From a virus (lineage: Duplodnaviria; Heunggongvirae; Uroviricota; Caudoviricetes), in the IMG/VR virus record IMGVR_UViG_3300033074_000580, positions 95,270 to 159,269 of that record: a stretch of 64,000 nt of DNA, one strand, 5' to 3'. A program made the translations under genes and the position numbers. Below the pieces are notes generated by a model that was not told where the DNA came from, did not search any database, and was given only the letters and a program-made list of their open reading frames with translations. Shown in pieces: positions 9,633 to 17,784 of this stretch; the first letter of the stretch is position 1, and every line of letters begins with the position of its first letter.

Positions 9633-10013
9633 TTATTGTATTTTATTAAAATCTGTAATTCCTAATTGTCTACCGTTAGAATCAAATAAACCAATTCTAT
9701 AGGCGGATGATGGTAAAGCATTAGTATAAACCTTTAACACATTATCACCAGCAACAACATTCATTGTTTCTTTAGAAACTACTCTGTTTGCGATATCGAA
9801 TATTTTTACTGTCACAGAACCTGCCGTTTCAGTCTTAACGTTCATTGCAACCTCTGATGTTACAAATGCTGTTTGTAATTTAATACCAACAGAATTTGTC
9901 ATTTTAAGTTCTTCAGATACTGATTGTGGTGTTGGTACAATATCTTCTTTATAACATCCAGTTAAAATTGTGGATATTAACACTATTGAGAGAATTTTTT
10001 TCATTTTTGTCAT
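9633..10013 (-). CDS. lipoprotein with T9SS-CTD-like Ig fold
   Basis: LTGC lipobox; VTVKIFDIANRVV..., LPSSAYRIGL resembles Bacteroidota C-terminal sorting domains. Confidence 0.55.
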   Translation of the reverse strand: MTKMKKILSIVLISTILTGCYKEDIVPTPQSVSEELKMTNSVGIKLQTAFVTSEVAMNVKTETAGSVTVKIFDIANRVVSKETMNVVAGDNVLKVYTNALPSSAYRIGLFDSNGRQLGITDFNKIQ

Positions 10014-10015
10014 TT

Positions 10016-10357
10016 TTAATTTATTATTATTGTTGTCTTTTTTAGTTGATTCCTATCCACATCCTCAAGTACTAAATATAAATATCCTTTCGGTAATGAA
10101 TTGGTATAAATCTTTTTTACATTTTCACCGGTTTGTCCGATAAACTTTTCTCGACTGATTACTTGTCCACTATTTTTGTCGATTAAAGTTAAATAATGTA
10201 CAGTATTTGACGTTAAGTCAAAATATATTGATTGTCCATTTGTAACACTACTTTCACCCACATTGAATATCTTCTCAACCGGAGGATTTGGTGTAGGAAT
10301 GTCCACTTTTGTACATCCCCATAGTAAAACCACGAATATGAATGGTATTTTTTTCAT
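10016..10357 (-). CDS. lipoprotein with T9SS-CTD-like Ig fold (paralog of previous)
   Basis: LWGC lipobox; YTNSLPKGYLYLVL parallels YTNALPSSAYRIGL. Confidence 0.55.
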   Translation of the reverse strand: MKKIPFIFVVLLWGCTKVDIPTPNPPVEKIFNVGESSVTNGQSIYFDLTSNTVHYLTLIDKNSGQVISREKFIGQTGENVKKIYTNSLPKGYLYLVLEDVDRNQLKKTTIIIN

Positions 10358-12657
10358 TAGTTCATTTTTACTTTTAATTGTGCACCACTTTTATTTACCG
10401 CATCGGTCGATGAAATTGACGTTAATCCAAGTACACCATTTAATCCGACTTTTGGTGTGAATGTTATTTTATATTCTGTCGTTTTATCTAATGTTGTTGA
10501 ACCATCAGTAATCAAAGAACCTAATGTTACATACGTTCCTTTATCAGTGCCAAAATTAGTTGGATTACCTTTTGTTACAAATTCTATCGTTTTAAATTGT
10601 AATGCCGTATTATCATAGTTTAATTGAAATTGTGTTCCAACCAATTCTTGCTGTAATGGGTCTATCGAAATTGTTACAATCAAATTGCCACCAACATTTT
10701 CACTCATAAGTTCTGCGTTAATTTGATTAGAAATCGAATTAGTAGTTAAACTCATAGTTCTAATTGAATTACTTGCAACTGCGTTTGTTGTAGGTTGTGC
10801 AGAATGAGATAAATTCACATCACCTAACCAACTAACACTTACATTATATGTGTTATTTAATCCACCCAATGTAAATGGAATTAAGTTACGAGTATTGTTA
10901 AATTGAGTATTCCAATTAGATGTTGTTATAGCATCATATTCCGATTTATTATACAACTTCATTAAATAAGTCAATGCGGTATATTGTGATAGGGGTTGTA
11001 TTCCTGTCAGATGTTGTAATAGTTTGTATGTATCGTTTTCATCAAACACACCATTCATATCCACATCTGCATTCATATATTGAATACCTTTTGAAAATCC
11101 CATTCCACTTTGATTTCCAAATATACCTTTATCGGATAATTCCTTAAATGCTAAATATACATCCGATACACTTACAATATTACTATATAAAGTATTCAAT
11201 TCGGCTTGTGAATTTGCCACAATTTCCATTCCATGTGGTTTGTACATTTGATTTACCGAAAAAGTATAATCTGCCTTAAATGCGTACCACCCATCTTGTA
11301 ATCTCAAATTACTTTGAAATGAACTTGCAGCAACTTTACTTGCTAAATCTATACTACCTGGCACTACCCATTGTTTCCACCAACCATTGAAATCCATTGG
11401 AACAATCGGTCCTTCATATACATCAAATAACTTTATGTATTTTATATCATTTAAATTTATACCTGTTCCAAAAAATACTCTTTCATCAATTTGTAATCTA
11501 TGTCCATTTCTAGCGGGTTCATATGGATTTATAAGTGACCACTCAACTTGTCCTGGTACTATTGTTGCTTTATATCCATCGGTTATTTTTGTAGTATCCA
11601 ATCCACTTGTCAAATCTACTTTACCCAATCCACTTAATCCTTTTGTAGTTCCATTCACCAAATTCCACATACTGTTTGTATATGTGTATCCTTTTGCTGA
11701 AAATTTAGTTTCATCTACATTACCTCCAAAATCGATATTGAATGATGCTCTTAATACATCTCCGTTTGAATGAGTTACACTATTGGTATAGAATTCAGTA
11801 AATGTTGCATCATCAGGATTAGACCAAGTTCCGTACTCAATTACATAAGGATTACTCCATTGATTTGATAAATCATTCCATTGAGCCCCATTCCACTTTG
11901 TTACCGCATAATCTTCACCATGATTATATCCATTTGGTTCACCACCCGCCCAGTTATTGTATACACCCGGAATATTCCCTGCGGTTTGTCCGTTTTGAGT
12001 TTTCATTACAGTCCCTTTTTCGGGACCGGCATCGATTACCCAAGTTCCATCGGTTACTTCATCCGTTGCCGCAAACCATATGTTAGTAACTGGTACGTTA
12101 TTGTAAATAAATTGGTCTTCCGAGGCTGATGTTATTGTTACCAAATATCCTGTTTGTCCTTTGAATGTGGTTAATAGTGACCTACTTCTCGCGTTTGTAT
12201 ATGTGGTTCTTTCACTAGTTGCGGTTATTGGTTTATAAAAATGTCCATTAACACCATTATAGTAATACCCAACGGGATTGACGGTTGCTGCAACTGATAG
12301 TTGCACATTACCAACTACCGAACCTGTGTTTACTTTTAGACTAGCCAATGCTAAATTGATATTAGACATTGTACCCGTTACCACTAAACGAGTCTTATTA
12401 CCACTTAAAGTAAATCCACTGGCTGCCGTTAAACCGGTTGAAGTGTTTAAATAAAATGTGGTACCCGTTGATGGATTGATTAAACTGATTGATGCAAGTA
12501 ATGTTTCAGTTGTTCCGAAACCATTTAATACGAATCCGCTAGCATCTTGTCCGTTTGTAGATGGTATAAACGATTTAGAGTCCGGAGCAGATACACTCTG
12601 TCCGAACCCTAAAAATGATGTTATTACTAATAAAAATGTAACTAATAATTTTTTCAT
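10357..12657 (-). CDS. secreted protein: C-type lectin + dockerin-like + C-terminal cohesin-like domains
   Basis: GYLVTITSASE..WFAATD..YNNWAGGEPN..WNDL (CTL); ADVDMNGVFDENDTYKLLQHL (dockerin/EF-hand-like); LVGTQFQLNYDNTALQF (cohesin-like). Confidence 0.7.
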   Translation of the reverse strand: MKKLLVTFLLVITSFLGFGQSVSAPDSKSFIPSTNGQDASGFVLNGFGTTETLLASISLINPSTGTTFYLNTSTGLTAASGFTLSGNKTRLVVTGTMSNINLALASLKVNTGSVVGNVQLSVAATVNPVGYYYNGVNGHFYKPITATSERTTYTNARSRSLLTTFKGQTGYLVTITSASEDQFIYNNVPVTNIWFAATDEVTDGTWVIDAGPEKGTVMKTQNGQTAGNIPGVYNNWAGGEPNGYNHGEDYAVTKWNGAQWNDLSNQWSNPYVIEYGTWSNPDDATFTEFYTNSVTHSNGDVLRASFNIDFGGNVDETKFSAKGYTYTNSMWNLVNGTTKGLSGLGKVDLTSGLDTTKITDGYKATIVPGQVEWSLINPYEPARNGHRLQIDERVFFGTGINLNDIKYIKLFDVYEGPIVPMDFNGWWKQWVVPGSIDLASKVAASSFQSNLRLQDGWYAFKADYTFSVNQMYKPHGMEIVANSQAELNTLYSNIVSVSDVYLAFKELSDKGIFGNQSGMGFSKGIQYMNADVDMNGVFDENDTYKLLQHLTGIQPLSQYTALTYLMKLYNKSEYDAITTSNWNTQFNNTRNLIPFTLGGLNNTYNVSVSWLGDVNLSHSAQPTTNAVASNSIRTMSLTTNSISNQINAELMSENVGGNLIVTISIDPLQQELVGTQFQLNYDNTALQFKTIEFVTKGNPTNFGTDKGTYVTLGSLITDGSTTLDKTTEYKITFTPKVGLNGVLGLTSISSTDAVNKSGAQLKVKMN

Positions 12658-12658
12658 A

Positions 12659-14311
12659 TTACTCGACGATTAAGTCAACTTTATTTCCTTTCGCGTCAAC
12701 AGCATCAGATAAAACAAAGTAGAATAAACCGGCGGTATTTGTTAAAGTTGTTTTTGGTGTGAATACTAACTTATATGGAGTACCAACTTTAATTCTTGCA
12801 GTTTTCAATTGGTCAATAGAACCAAATGTTAATCTACCGTTTTCATGTGTTGAGAAGTTAGTTATTGTAGAACCTGCATCAAATATTACATTATCTAAAT
12901 TTAATTTAGACTCATCGTAATTCATCACAACTTGTAAACCCGCTAACTCTGCCTTTGTTAATGTTGTTGTTAAAATTACTTTACCACCTTCTAATGTTGA
13001 TGTTATACCTAATGTTGCCTTTTCAGCTGCAACTGTTTGATATGCCATTGGTGCGGTGCTCATAGATTTAATTGAATTTGTTGCGATTTCACTTACCGCA
13101 TTTGTATATTGTCCTGCACTTATTTTACTAGCAATTACCGAAGGGTCTGATGAATGTGACCAGTTTAAGTCACCACCCCAAGCAAATACTACATACACTT
13201 CTTTAATTGGTGAATCAATTAAAACTCTATTTTTTACAACACCATCTAACCAACTTTGATTCAATAGACCACTATACCATCTTACCGATGTTGAAGTTGA
13301 TGTAGGAATCATTGCCACAGAACTCATGTCTTGTCCCATAACATGTGCAAATAATGAGTAAGAATCGGCCTCACCAAATGGATTTGCGTTATTTGTAACT
13401 TTACCTACTTTCTTTTCCAATGTTGGTAATGTGAAGAAGTTTGGTGTTCCACTAATGTCAGTTTGTGAGTGTCCTAAAAATGCTTTGTATGCATCAGATA
13501 CTGTCACAATATTATTCATCCAAGCTTTAGTCATTGCCGGTCCAACAAATACACCAACTGAATCGCCAACTTTAACTTGTGTCGTGAATAATGCTTCACC
13601 ACTTGCATCCAATGGTAATTGTGCGATAGGTTGTTGCGACCAATCGATTTCACCACTACCATTTGATTTCAATCTCATCAATTGAACACTATGGTCAGTA
13701 ATCGTATATCCTTGTGGATATAATACTTTTACTTTGAATTGTGACGTGTTACCAACAACATTACTTAATGATGACCAACCACCACCATAGATTGTACCAA
13801 CATTTTGACCGGCAGTATCCGTACCTGTTGCCAAATCTATTTTAAAAATATTGTTATATGTGTTTTGGTCTTTTAGTATGTATTTTTGAGTTGCAATTAA
13901 CCCACTAATAGACACATCCGCTCTTTGAACTGTTAATTGACCAACATTCCAATCTGCATTTACCACGTAATTCCATGGAGTTAATCCATATTGAACATCT
14001 AAATCATTATCACTAGCACCACCATTAAAATTAAATTTGTAGTTATTCCAACCGGTGTAGAATGTTTGTGCTGAAACACCTTGATTAAATGTGGTTGACA
14101 CATAAGCTAATGCCTTGTTGTTATATTGGTATCTGAACCAAAGATAACGTGGATTTTTAATTACTTGTCCTTTTGTTAAATTGTATTTTACGGTTATTGT
14201 GTCTCCAACCTTTAAACCTGTTGCAGGTGTTAAAGATTGACTAATCGTCAATTGTCCAAAAGATGTTAAGGCGAACAATAAGAAAACGCCGAGAGAGATT
14301 AGTTTTTTCAT
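12659..14311 (-). CDS. secreted cohesin-like/dockerin-like modular protein
   Basis: KVGDTITVKY..FRYQYNNKAL; VTVSDAYKAF (matches VSVSDVYLAF in neighbour); LAGLQVVMNYDESKL. Confidence 0.6.
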   Translation of the reverse strand: MKKLISLGVFLLFALTSFGQLTISQSLTPATGLKVGDTITVKYNLTKGQVIKNPRYLWFRYQYNNKALAYVSTTFNQGVSAQTFYTGWNNYKFNFNGGASDNDLDVQYGLTPWNYVVNADWNVGQLTVQRADVSISGLIATQKYILKDQNTYNNIFKIDLATGTDTAGQNVGTIYGGGWSSLSNVVGNTSQFKVKVLYPQGYTITDHSVQLMRLKSNGSGEIDWSQQPIAQLPLDASGEALFTTQVKVGDSVGVFVGPAMTKAWMNNIVTVSDAYKAFLGHSQTDISGTPNFFTLPTLEKKVGKVTNNANPFGEADSYSLFAHVMGQDMSSVAMIPTSTSTSVRWYSGLLNQSWLDGVVKNRVLIDSPIKEVYVVFAWGGDLNWSHSSDPSVIASKISAGQYTNAVSEIATNSIKSMSTAPMAYQTVAAEKATLGITSTLEGGKVILTTTLTKAELAGLQVVMNYDESKLNLDNVIFDAGSTITNFSTHENGRLTFGSIDQLKTARIKVGTPYKLVFTPKTTLTNTAGLFYFVLSDAVDAKGNKVDLIVE

Positions 14312-14313
14312 TT

Positions 14314-14832
14314 TTACTTTTTGTTAAAAAATATTTTATTGATTAGTGATTCGCACGTCTTTTTTATTGCGGACGACAACGCTTGTTGATTTACTTTTCC
14401 ACTACCTTCATCGGTAATTAAAGTTGAAGTTGAAATTTCTGAACTTGATTCTTCAGCCGTACCATCTTTTATCTTCTTACCGTTATTATCGACAAGAAGA
14501 CCTTTCATCACGACCAAAGTTTCTTCAACATCTGAGTGAAATACTGAGACGTTACGCTTTGTTCTGTTTACGTCAAAATAAAGAATATCCGCACTGAAGA
14601 CTAAGTCTGCTTGACTTTGGTCCTCAACAATTGAGAATTCTTTATCCTGTAAAATTTCTTGAAAAATGTTCTTTACACCGAACGCAAAGTTTCGATTACC
14701 GGTGAACTTACCAATCTTGATTTTGTTCTCTACTGCACTGATATACACCTTTTTAGTGTCCTGAGCAAATGAAGAGAGTGCTAAGGACAAAGTGAATAAA
14801 AGGAGGAGAGAGATTCCCTTTATTTTTGTCAT
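14314..14832 (-). CDS. secreted CsgG-like/alpha-beta envelope protein
   Basis: Signal peptide; similar layout to 7299-8018 (FAFGVKNI..., ALSSAIKK); TATTTAT motif just upstream. Confidence 0.5.
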   Translation of the reverse strand: MTKIKGISLLLLFTLSLALSSFAQDTKKVYISAVENKIKIGKFTGNRNFAFGVKNIFQEILQDKEFSIVEDQSQADLVFSADILYFDVNRTKRNVSVFHSDVEETLVVMKGLLVDNNGKKIKDGTAEESSSEISTSTLITDEGSGKVNQQALSSAIKKTCESLINKIFFNKK

Positions 14833-14923
14833 ACTGATAAATATCAGGTTCGGGCAACTAGTCCAAAAAAAATTATGTTATAACTTTTTTTTATCTTTTC
14901 TTGTTTTTCTCGATACTTATTAG

Positions 14924-14931
14924 TATCTTTG
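14924..14931 (+). promoter_or_regulatory. Bacteroidota-type -7 promoter element for tRNA cluster 1 leader
   Basis: TATCTTTG matches TAnnTTTG. Confidence 0.7.
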
Positions 14932-14959
14932 TAAAAGATTTAAATAAAAAACAAATTCA

Positions 14960-15058
14960 ATGAGACAATTAGTACATACAATGTCGTTTATTATCTGTTC
15001 AAAATGGGCGGATGAGCGTTCTATGTCTATAGGTCTCGATGATACTGATGTGGGTTAA
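14960..15058 (+). CDS. 32-aa leader peptide of putative attenuator 1 (MRQLVHTMSFIICSKWADERSMSIGLDDTDVG)
   Basis: Lies between promoter and terminator; codons match the cluster 1 tRNAs; contains antiterminator segment 15033-15039. Confidence 0.75.
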   Translation: MRQLVHTMSFIICSKWADERSMSIGLDDTDVG

Positions 15059-15081
15059 ATTAGTTTAACTTAAAATATTAG

Positions 15082-15113
15082 AAAACCTCGGGACAAAATC
15101 TCGGGGTTTTTTT
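15082..15113 (+). terminator. attenuator/terminator hairpin upstream of tRNA cluster 1
   Basis: AAAACCTCGGGA/TCTCGGGGTTTT stem + T run. Confidence 0.8.
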
Positions 15114-15118
15114 ATTTT

Positions 15119-15191
15119 GGGCCGGATGTCAATGGCAGACCACCTGATTTGCAATCAGAGTGAAAGGGTTCGATTCCCTACGTGTCCACCA
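15119..15191 (+). tRNA. trnA: tRNA-Ala(UGC)
   Basis: Anticodon loop TTTGCAA, G3.U70, encoded CCA; irregular acceptor stem. Confidence 0.8.
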
Positions 15192-15193
15192 TA

Positions 15194-15268
15194 TTCTTAG
15201 GTAACTCAATGGTGAGAGTACCTCGCTGATACCGAGGAGGTTGGTAGTTCGAATCTACCCCTAAGAAC
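15194..15268 (+). tRNA. trnI: tRNA-Ile(GAU)
   Basis: TTCTTAG/CTAAGAA acceptor; CCTCG-CTGATAC-CGAGG; TTCGAAT. Confidence 0.9.
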
Positions 15269-15272
15269 TGAA

Positions 15273-15345
15273 GGAGATGAAGCTAACTTAGTAGAAGCGA
15301 AGGACTGAAAATCCTTAGGAATTGGAGCGTAACCAATCATCTCCA
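15273..15345 (+). tRNA. trnF: tRNA-Phe(GAA), atypical T-loop AGCGTAA
   Basis: GGAGATG/CATCTCC; AAGGA-CTGAAAA-TCCTT. Confidence 0.85.
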
Positions 15346-15411
15346 CAAAACCAATTTGATAAATGATACGAGCCTCCAAAGTTCGAAATGAGTTATCTTA
15401 TTGGTTTTAAT

Positions 15412-15485
15412 GACCTCGTAGCTCAATTGGTTAGAGCACTACACTTTTAATGTAGGGGTTCTGCGTTCGAGTCGCAGCGGGGTCA
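15412..15485 (+). tRNA. trnK: tRNA-Lys(UUU)
   Basis: GACCTCG/CGGGGTC; CTACA-CTTTTAA-TGTAG. Confidence 0.92.
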
Positions 15486-15491
15486 CAACAC

Positions 15492-15562
15492 ACGGGTGTA
15501 GTTCAATGGTAGAATTATGGTCTCCAAAACCATCGATGGGAGTTCGAATCTCTCCACCCGTG
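15492..15562 (+). tRNA. trnW: tRNA-Trp(CCA)
   Basis: ACGGGTG/CACCCGT; ATGGT-CTCCAAA-ACCAT. Confidence 0.92.
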
Positions 15563-15577
15563 CTAAAATTAAAAACA

Positions 15578-15823
15578 ATGGAACAAGATAACGTTTTAAA
15601 CAGATTGGTACCAAGATTAAAAAAGATAGGAATCAACATAGAAATGTCGGGTAACTATCCTTGGATTTATCTTGATAAGGTGAATGGTAATAGAATTAAA
15701 AAAGAAGATTACTTCTGTGGTAATCACGGATTTACAATTGCATTTTTACCTATAAAACCTAATGTTAAAATGGAATTGACGGACATAAAAGAAGTTTTTA
15801 AAGTGATAAGAAAATACAAATAA
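15578..15823 (+). CDS. hypothetical protein inside the tRNA array
   Basis: Start moved to ATG 15578 (the longer ORF overlaps tRNA-Trp). Confidence 0.65.
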   Translation: MEQDNVLNRLVPRLKKIGINIEMSGNYPWIYLDKVNGNRIKKEDYFCGNHGFTIAFLPIKPNVKMELTDIKEVFKVIRKYK

Positions 15824-15852
15824 TGTTTACTGTTTATAGTAAATAGTAAATA

Positions 15853-15924
15853 GGTCTCTTGGTGTAATGAATAGCACGAAACACTACGGATGTTTTGGTA
15901 AGGGTTCAAATCCTTTAGAGACCT
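15853..15924 (+). tRNA. trnR: tRNA-Arg(ACG)
   Basis: GGTCTCT/AGAGACC; AAACA-CTACGGA-TGTTT. Confidence 0.9.
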
Positions 15925-15984
15925 CAATGTTCACAAATTTTAGATGTTCACGGAACGTGAACAGAAGAAAAAAGTGAACAAACA

Positions 15985-16059
15985 AGTCAGGTTGGCCGAG
16001 TTGGTTTAGGTGATGGTCTGCAAAACCATTTACATTGGTTCGAATCCAATACTTGACTC
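15985..16059 (+). tRNA. trnC: tRNA-Cys(GCA)
   Basis: AGTCAGG/CTTGACT; ATGGT-CTGCAAA-ACCAT. Confidence 0.9.
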
Positions 16060-16063
16060 ATAT

Positions 16064-16135
16064 GGTGTTTGAAGCTTTAAGGTGAAGCACGAGTTTGTGG
16101 AGCTCGGGAAGTCGGTTCGATACCGTCCTAACACC
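16064..16135 (+). tRNA. trnH: tRNA-His(GUG)
   Basis: 8-bp acceptor with G-1; CGAGT-TTGTGGA-GCTCG. Confidence 0.88.
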
Positions 16136-16140
16136 CAAAT

Positions 16141-16209
16141 TGCGGGAAGAAAAGGTTTCCCACCGGTCTCATAAGCCGAGTGTTTCAGGTTCGATTCCTG
16201 ATCCCGCAA
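16141..16209 (+). tRNA. trnM: tRNA-Met(CAU), probably elongator, short D-arm
   Basis: TGCGGGA/TCCCGCA; loop CTCATAA; TTCGATT. Confidence 0.75.
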
Positions 16210-16250
16210 CAAAAAGATTTTGAATATTTTGTAATTTCACAATTTATTCT

Positions 16251-16258
16251 TATCTTTG
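16251..16258 (+). promoter_or_regulatory. internal Bacteroidota-type promoter upstream of tRNA-fMet
   Basis: TATCTTTG. Confidence 0.6.
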
Positions 16259-16268
16259 TAAAACAAAT

Positions 16269-16341
16269 CGCGAGATAGTAGCAGCGGTAGCTCGCAAGGC
16301 TCATAACCTTGAGGTCGGGGGTTCGATTCCCTCTCTCGCAA
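16269..16341 (+). tRNA. trnfM: initiator tRNA-fMet(CAU)
   Basis: C1:A72 mismatch; loop CTCATAA. Confidence 0.88.
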
Positions 16342-16344
16342 CAA

Positions 16345-16608
16345 CAGGTGAAGACTGTGGTGGAACCCCACGGTATATGAATCCTAAACAGCCGTCTTGA
16401 TTCGCGGTATCAGAGCGGTGAAGGTAGAGTCACTATAAGTGGGGAGTAATTAACCCAATTGCGAAAATGTGACCACCAAGTGTAGAGGTACATTTGGTCA
16501 TGATGTTCGAATGGGAACGAAAAACCTGTAACTTATTGAGACTAACTCAACGAGGACTTTGTTAACCATGGCATGACCAGGAGGTGCAATTTAAGGTGAG
16601 TTAGAATC
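16345..16608 (+). ncRNA. unidentified ~260-nt structured RNA
   Basis: CAGGT/ACCTG long-range stem, TGACCA..TGGTCA and CTAACTCA/TGAGTTAG helices; higher GC, no ORF. Confidence 0.55.
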
Positions 16609-16613
16609 AAAAT

Positions 16614-16686
16614 GGGATTGAGGTCAAACGGTTAAGATGTCGCCCTGTCACGGCGCACGGAGCGGGTTCAACTCCCGTCAGTCCCG
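16614..16686 (+). tRNA. trnD: tRNA-Asp(GUC)
   Basis: GGGATTG/CAGTCCC; loop CTGTCAC. Confidence 0.9.
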
Positions 16687-16689
16687 CAA

Positions 16690-16897
16690 TGAGTAAGAGA
16701 TACTCAGGAAGTTTGGTAACGTTCTTTATAAATGTTATAGTTGACGCCTCAAACAACTCAAAGATGAGGTCGTGGGAACGAAGGACATCAACAATCCTCC
16801 CAGTAGTTGTGACTTTTATGTGCGGCTAAGGACCGTCGAGAGTTTTGAAGAGAAAAACCTAAGAAAATCCTACTCACCCGAATCTCAAGGTGGGGCA
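16690..16897 (+). ncRNA. unidentified ~210-nt multi-hairpin RNA
   Basis: TGAGTA-AGAGA-TACTCA, CCTCA/TGAGG, CTCACC/GGTGGG hairpins between tRNAs. Confidence 0.45.
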
Positions 16898-16901
16898 AAT
16901 T

Positions 16902-16988
16902 GGAGAGTTGGTAGAGCGGTTGAATACACCAGTCTTGAAAACTGGCATACTGGAAACGGTATCCGGGGTTCGAATCCCTGACTCTCCG
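16902..16988 (+). tRNA. trnS: tRNA-Ser(UGA)
   Basis: GGAGAGT/ACTCTCC; CCAGT-CTTGAAA-ACTGG; long variable arm. Confidence 0.92.
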
Positions 16989-16993
16989 CATTT

Positions 16994-17065
16994 GCTCGGT
17001 TCGACTAGTGGTTAGGTCGCATCCCTTTCACGGATGTAGCACGGGTTCGAATCCCGTACCGAGTA
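16994..17065 (+). tRNA. trnE: tRNA-Glu(UUC)
   Basis: GCTCGGT/ACCGAGT; CATCC-CTTTCAC-GGATG. Confidence 0.92.
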
Positions 17066-17107
17066 CTTCGTATATTTATATATAGATGGGTTACGACATC
17101 TAAAAAA

Positions 17108-17560
17108 ATGAAGAAAGTTTTCTTATTATTAGTCATTATGTTTTTGGGAGTGGAAACAATGACGTTTGGACAAGATATCAAATCATTATTTGATAAAACA
17201 AAATCACAAGAAGTTCTAATTTTCGGAACTAATAAATCTCAAGACGGTTACATTACGGGTGGTTATATGATTGGTGAATGGGGTCTTTATGCGGGATTTC
17301 CATATTCAGAAAGAAACAACTTATTAAACACATCAAATGGTACTGTTTCAAAGCAAATGAGATTCGGTATTTTAAAACAATTAAAACCTGATAAAATTTT
17401 AATGGGTGCAGGTGCTCAACCAACAAATGAAGGGACGAAATTAAATTGGTTTATTGGTTATAATCCATTACGTAGTAAAGACATGAAACTGTTAATAACA
17501 GGAAATGTAATCGGCTCAGAATTTGTTTTAGGTGCCGGTTTATCTTATAAAGTAAAATAA
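17108..17560 (+). CDS. secreted small beta-barrel-like protein between the tRNA clusters
   Basis: Signal peptide, alternating beta-strands, C-terminal GAGLSYKVK; TATTTATA upstream. Confidence 0.65.
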   Translation: MKKVFLLLVIMFLGVETMTFGQDIKSLFDKTKSQEVLIFGTNKSQDGYITGGYMIGEWGLYAGFPYSERNNLLNTSNGTVSKQMRFGILKQLKPDKILMGAGAQPTNEGTKLNWFIGYNPLRSKDMKLLITGNVIGSEFVLGAGLSYKVK

Positions 17561-17595
17561 TTTTAAAAAATATTTTACATTTTAAAAAATTTTTG

Positions 17596-17603
17596 TATAT
17601 TTG
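17596..17603 (+). promoter_or_regulatory. Bacteroidota-type promoter for tRNA cluster 2 leader
   Basis: TATATTTG. Confidence 0.7.
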
Positions 17604-17620
17604 ATTATACTTATTAAACA

Positions 17621-17731
17621 ATGAAGAACATAAATAATATATTGACCCTTACGAGTAGACCAGTTAATAATGGTAACGGGTATGGTGTGCAACCGTTATA
17701 TTACTTATGTTCGGATATCAATAAAGGATAA
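17621..17731 (+). CDS. 36-aa leader peptide of putative attenuator 2 (MKNINNILTLTSRPVNNGNGYGVQPLYYLCSDINKG)
   Basis: Lies between promoter and terminator; codons 3-29 all read by cluster 2 tRNAs; antiterminator segment 17708-17714. Confidence 0.78.
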   Translation: MKNINNILTLTSRPVNNGNGYGVQPLYYLCSDINKG

Positions 17732-17754
17732 TAAAATTTAAAACTTATATCGAG

Positions 17755-17784
17755 ACCCGAACACAAAAAATGTTCGGGTTTTTT
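17755..17784 (+). terminator. attenuator/terminator hairpin upstream of tRNA cluster 2
   Basis: ACCCGAACA/TGTTCGGGT stem + T run. Confidence 0.82.
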
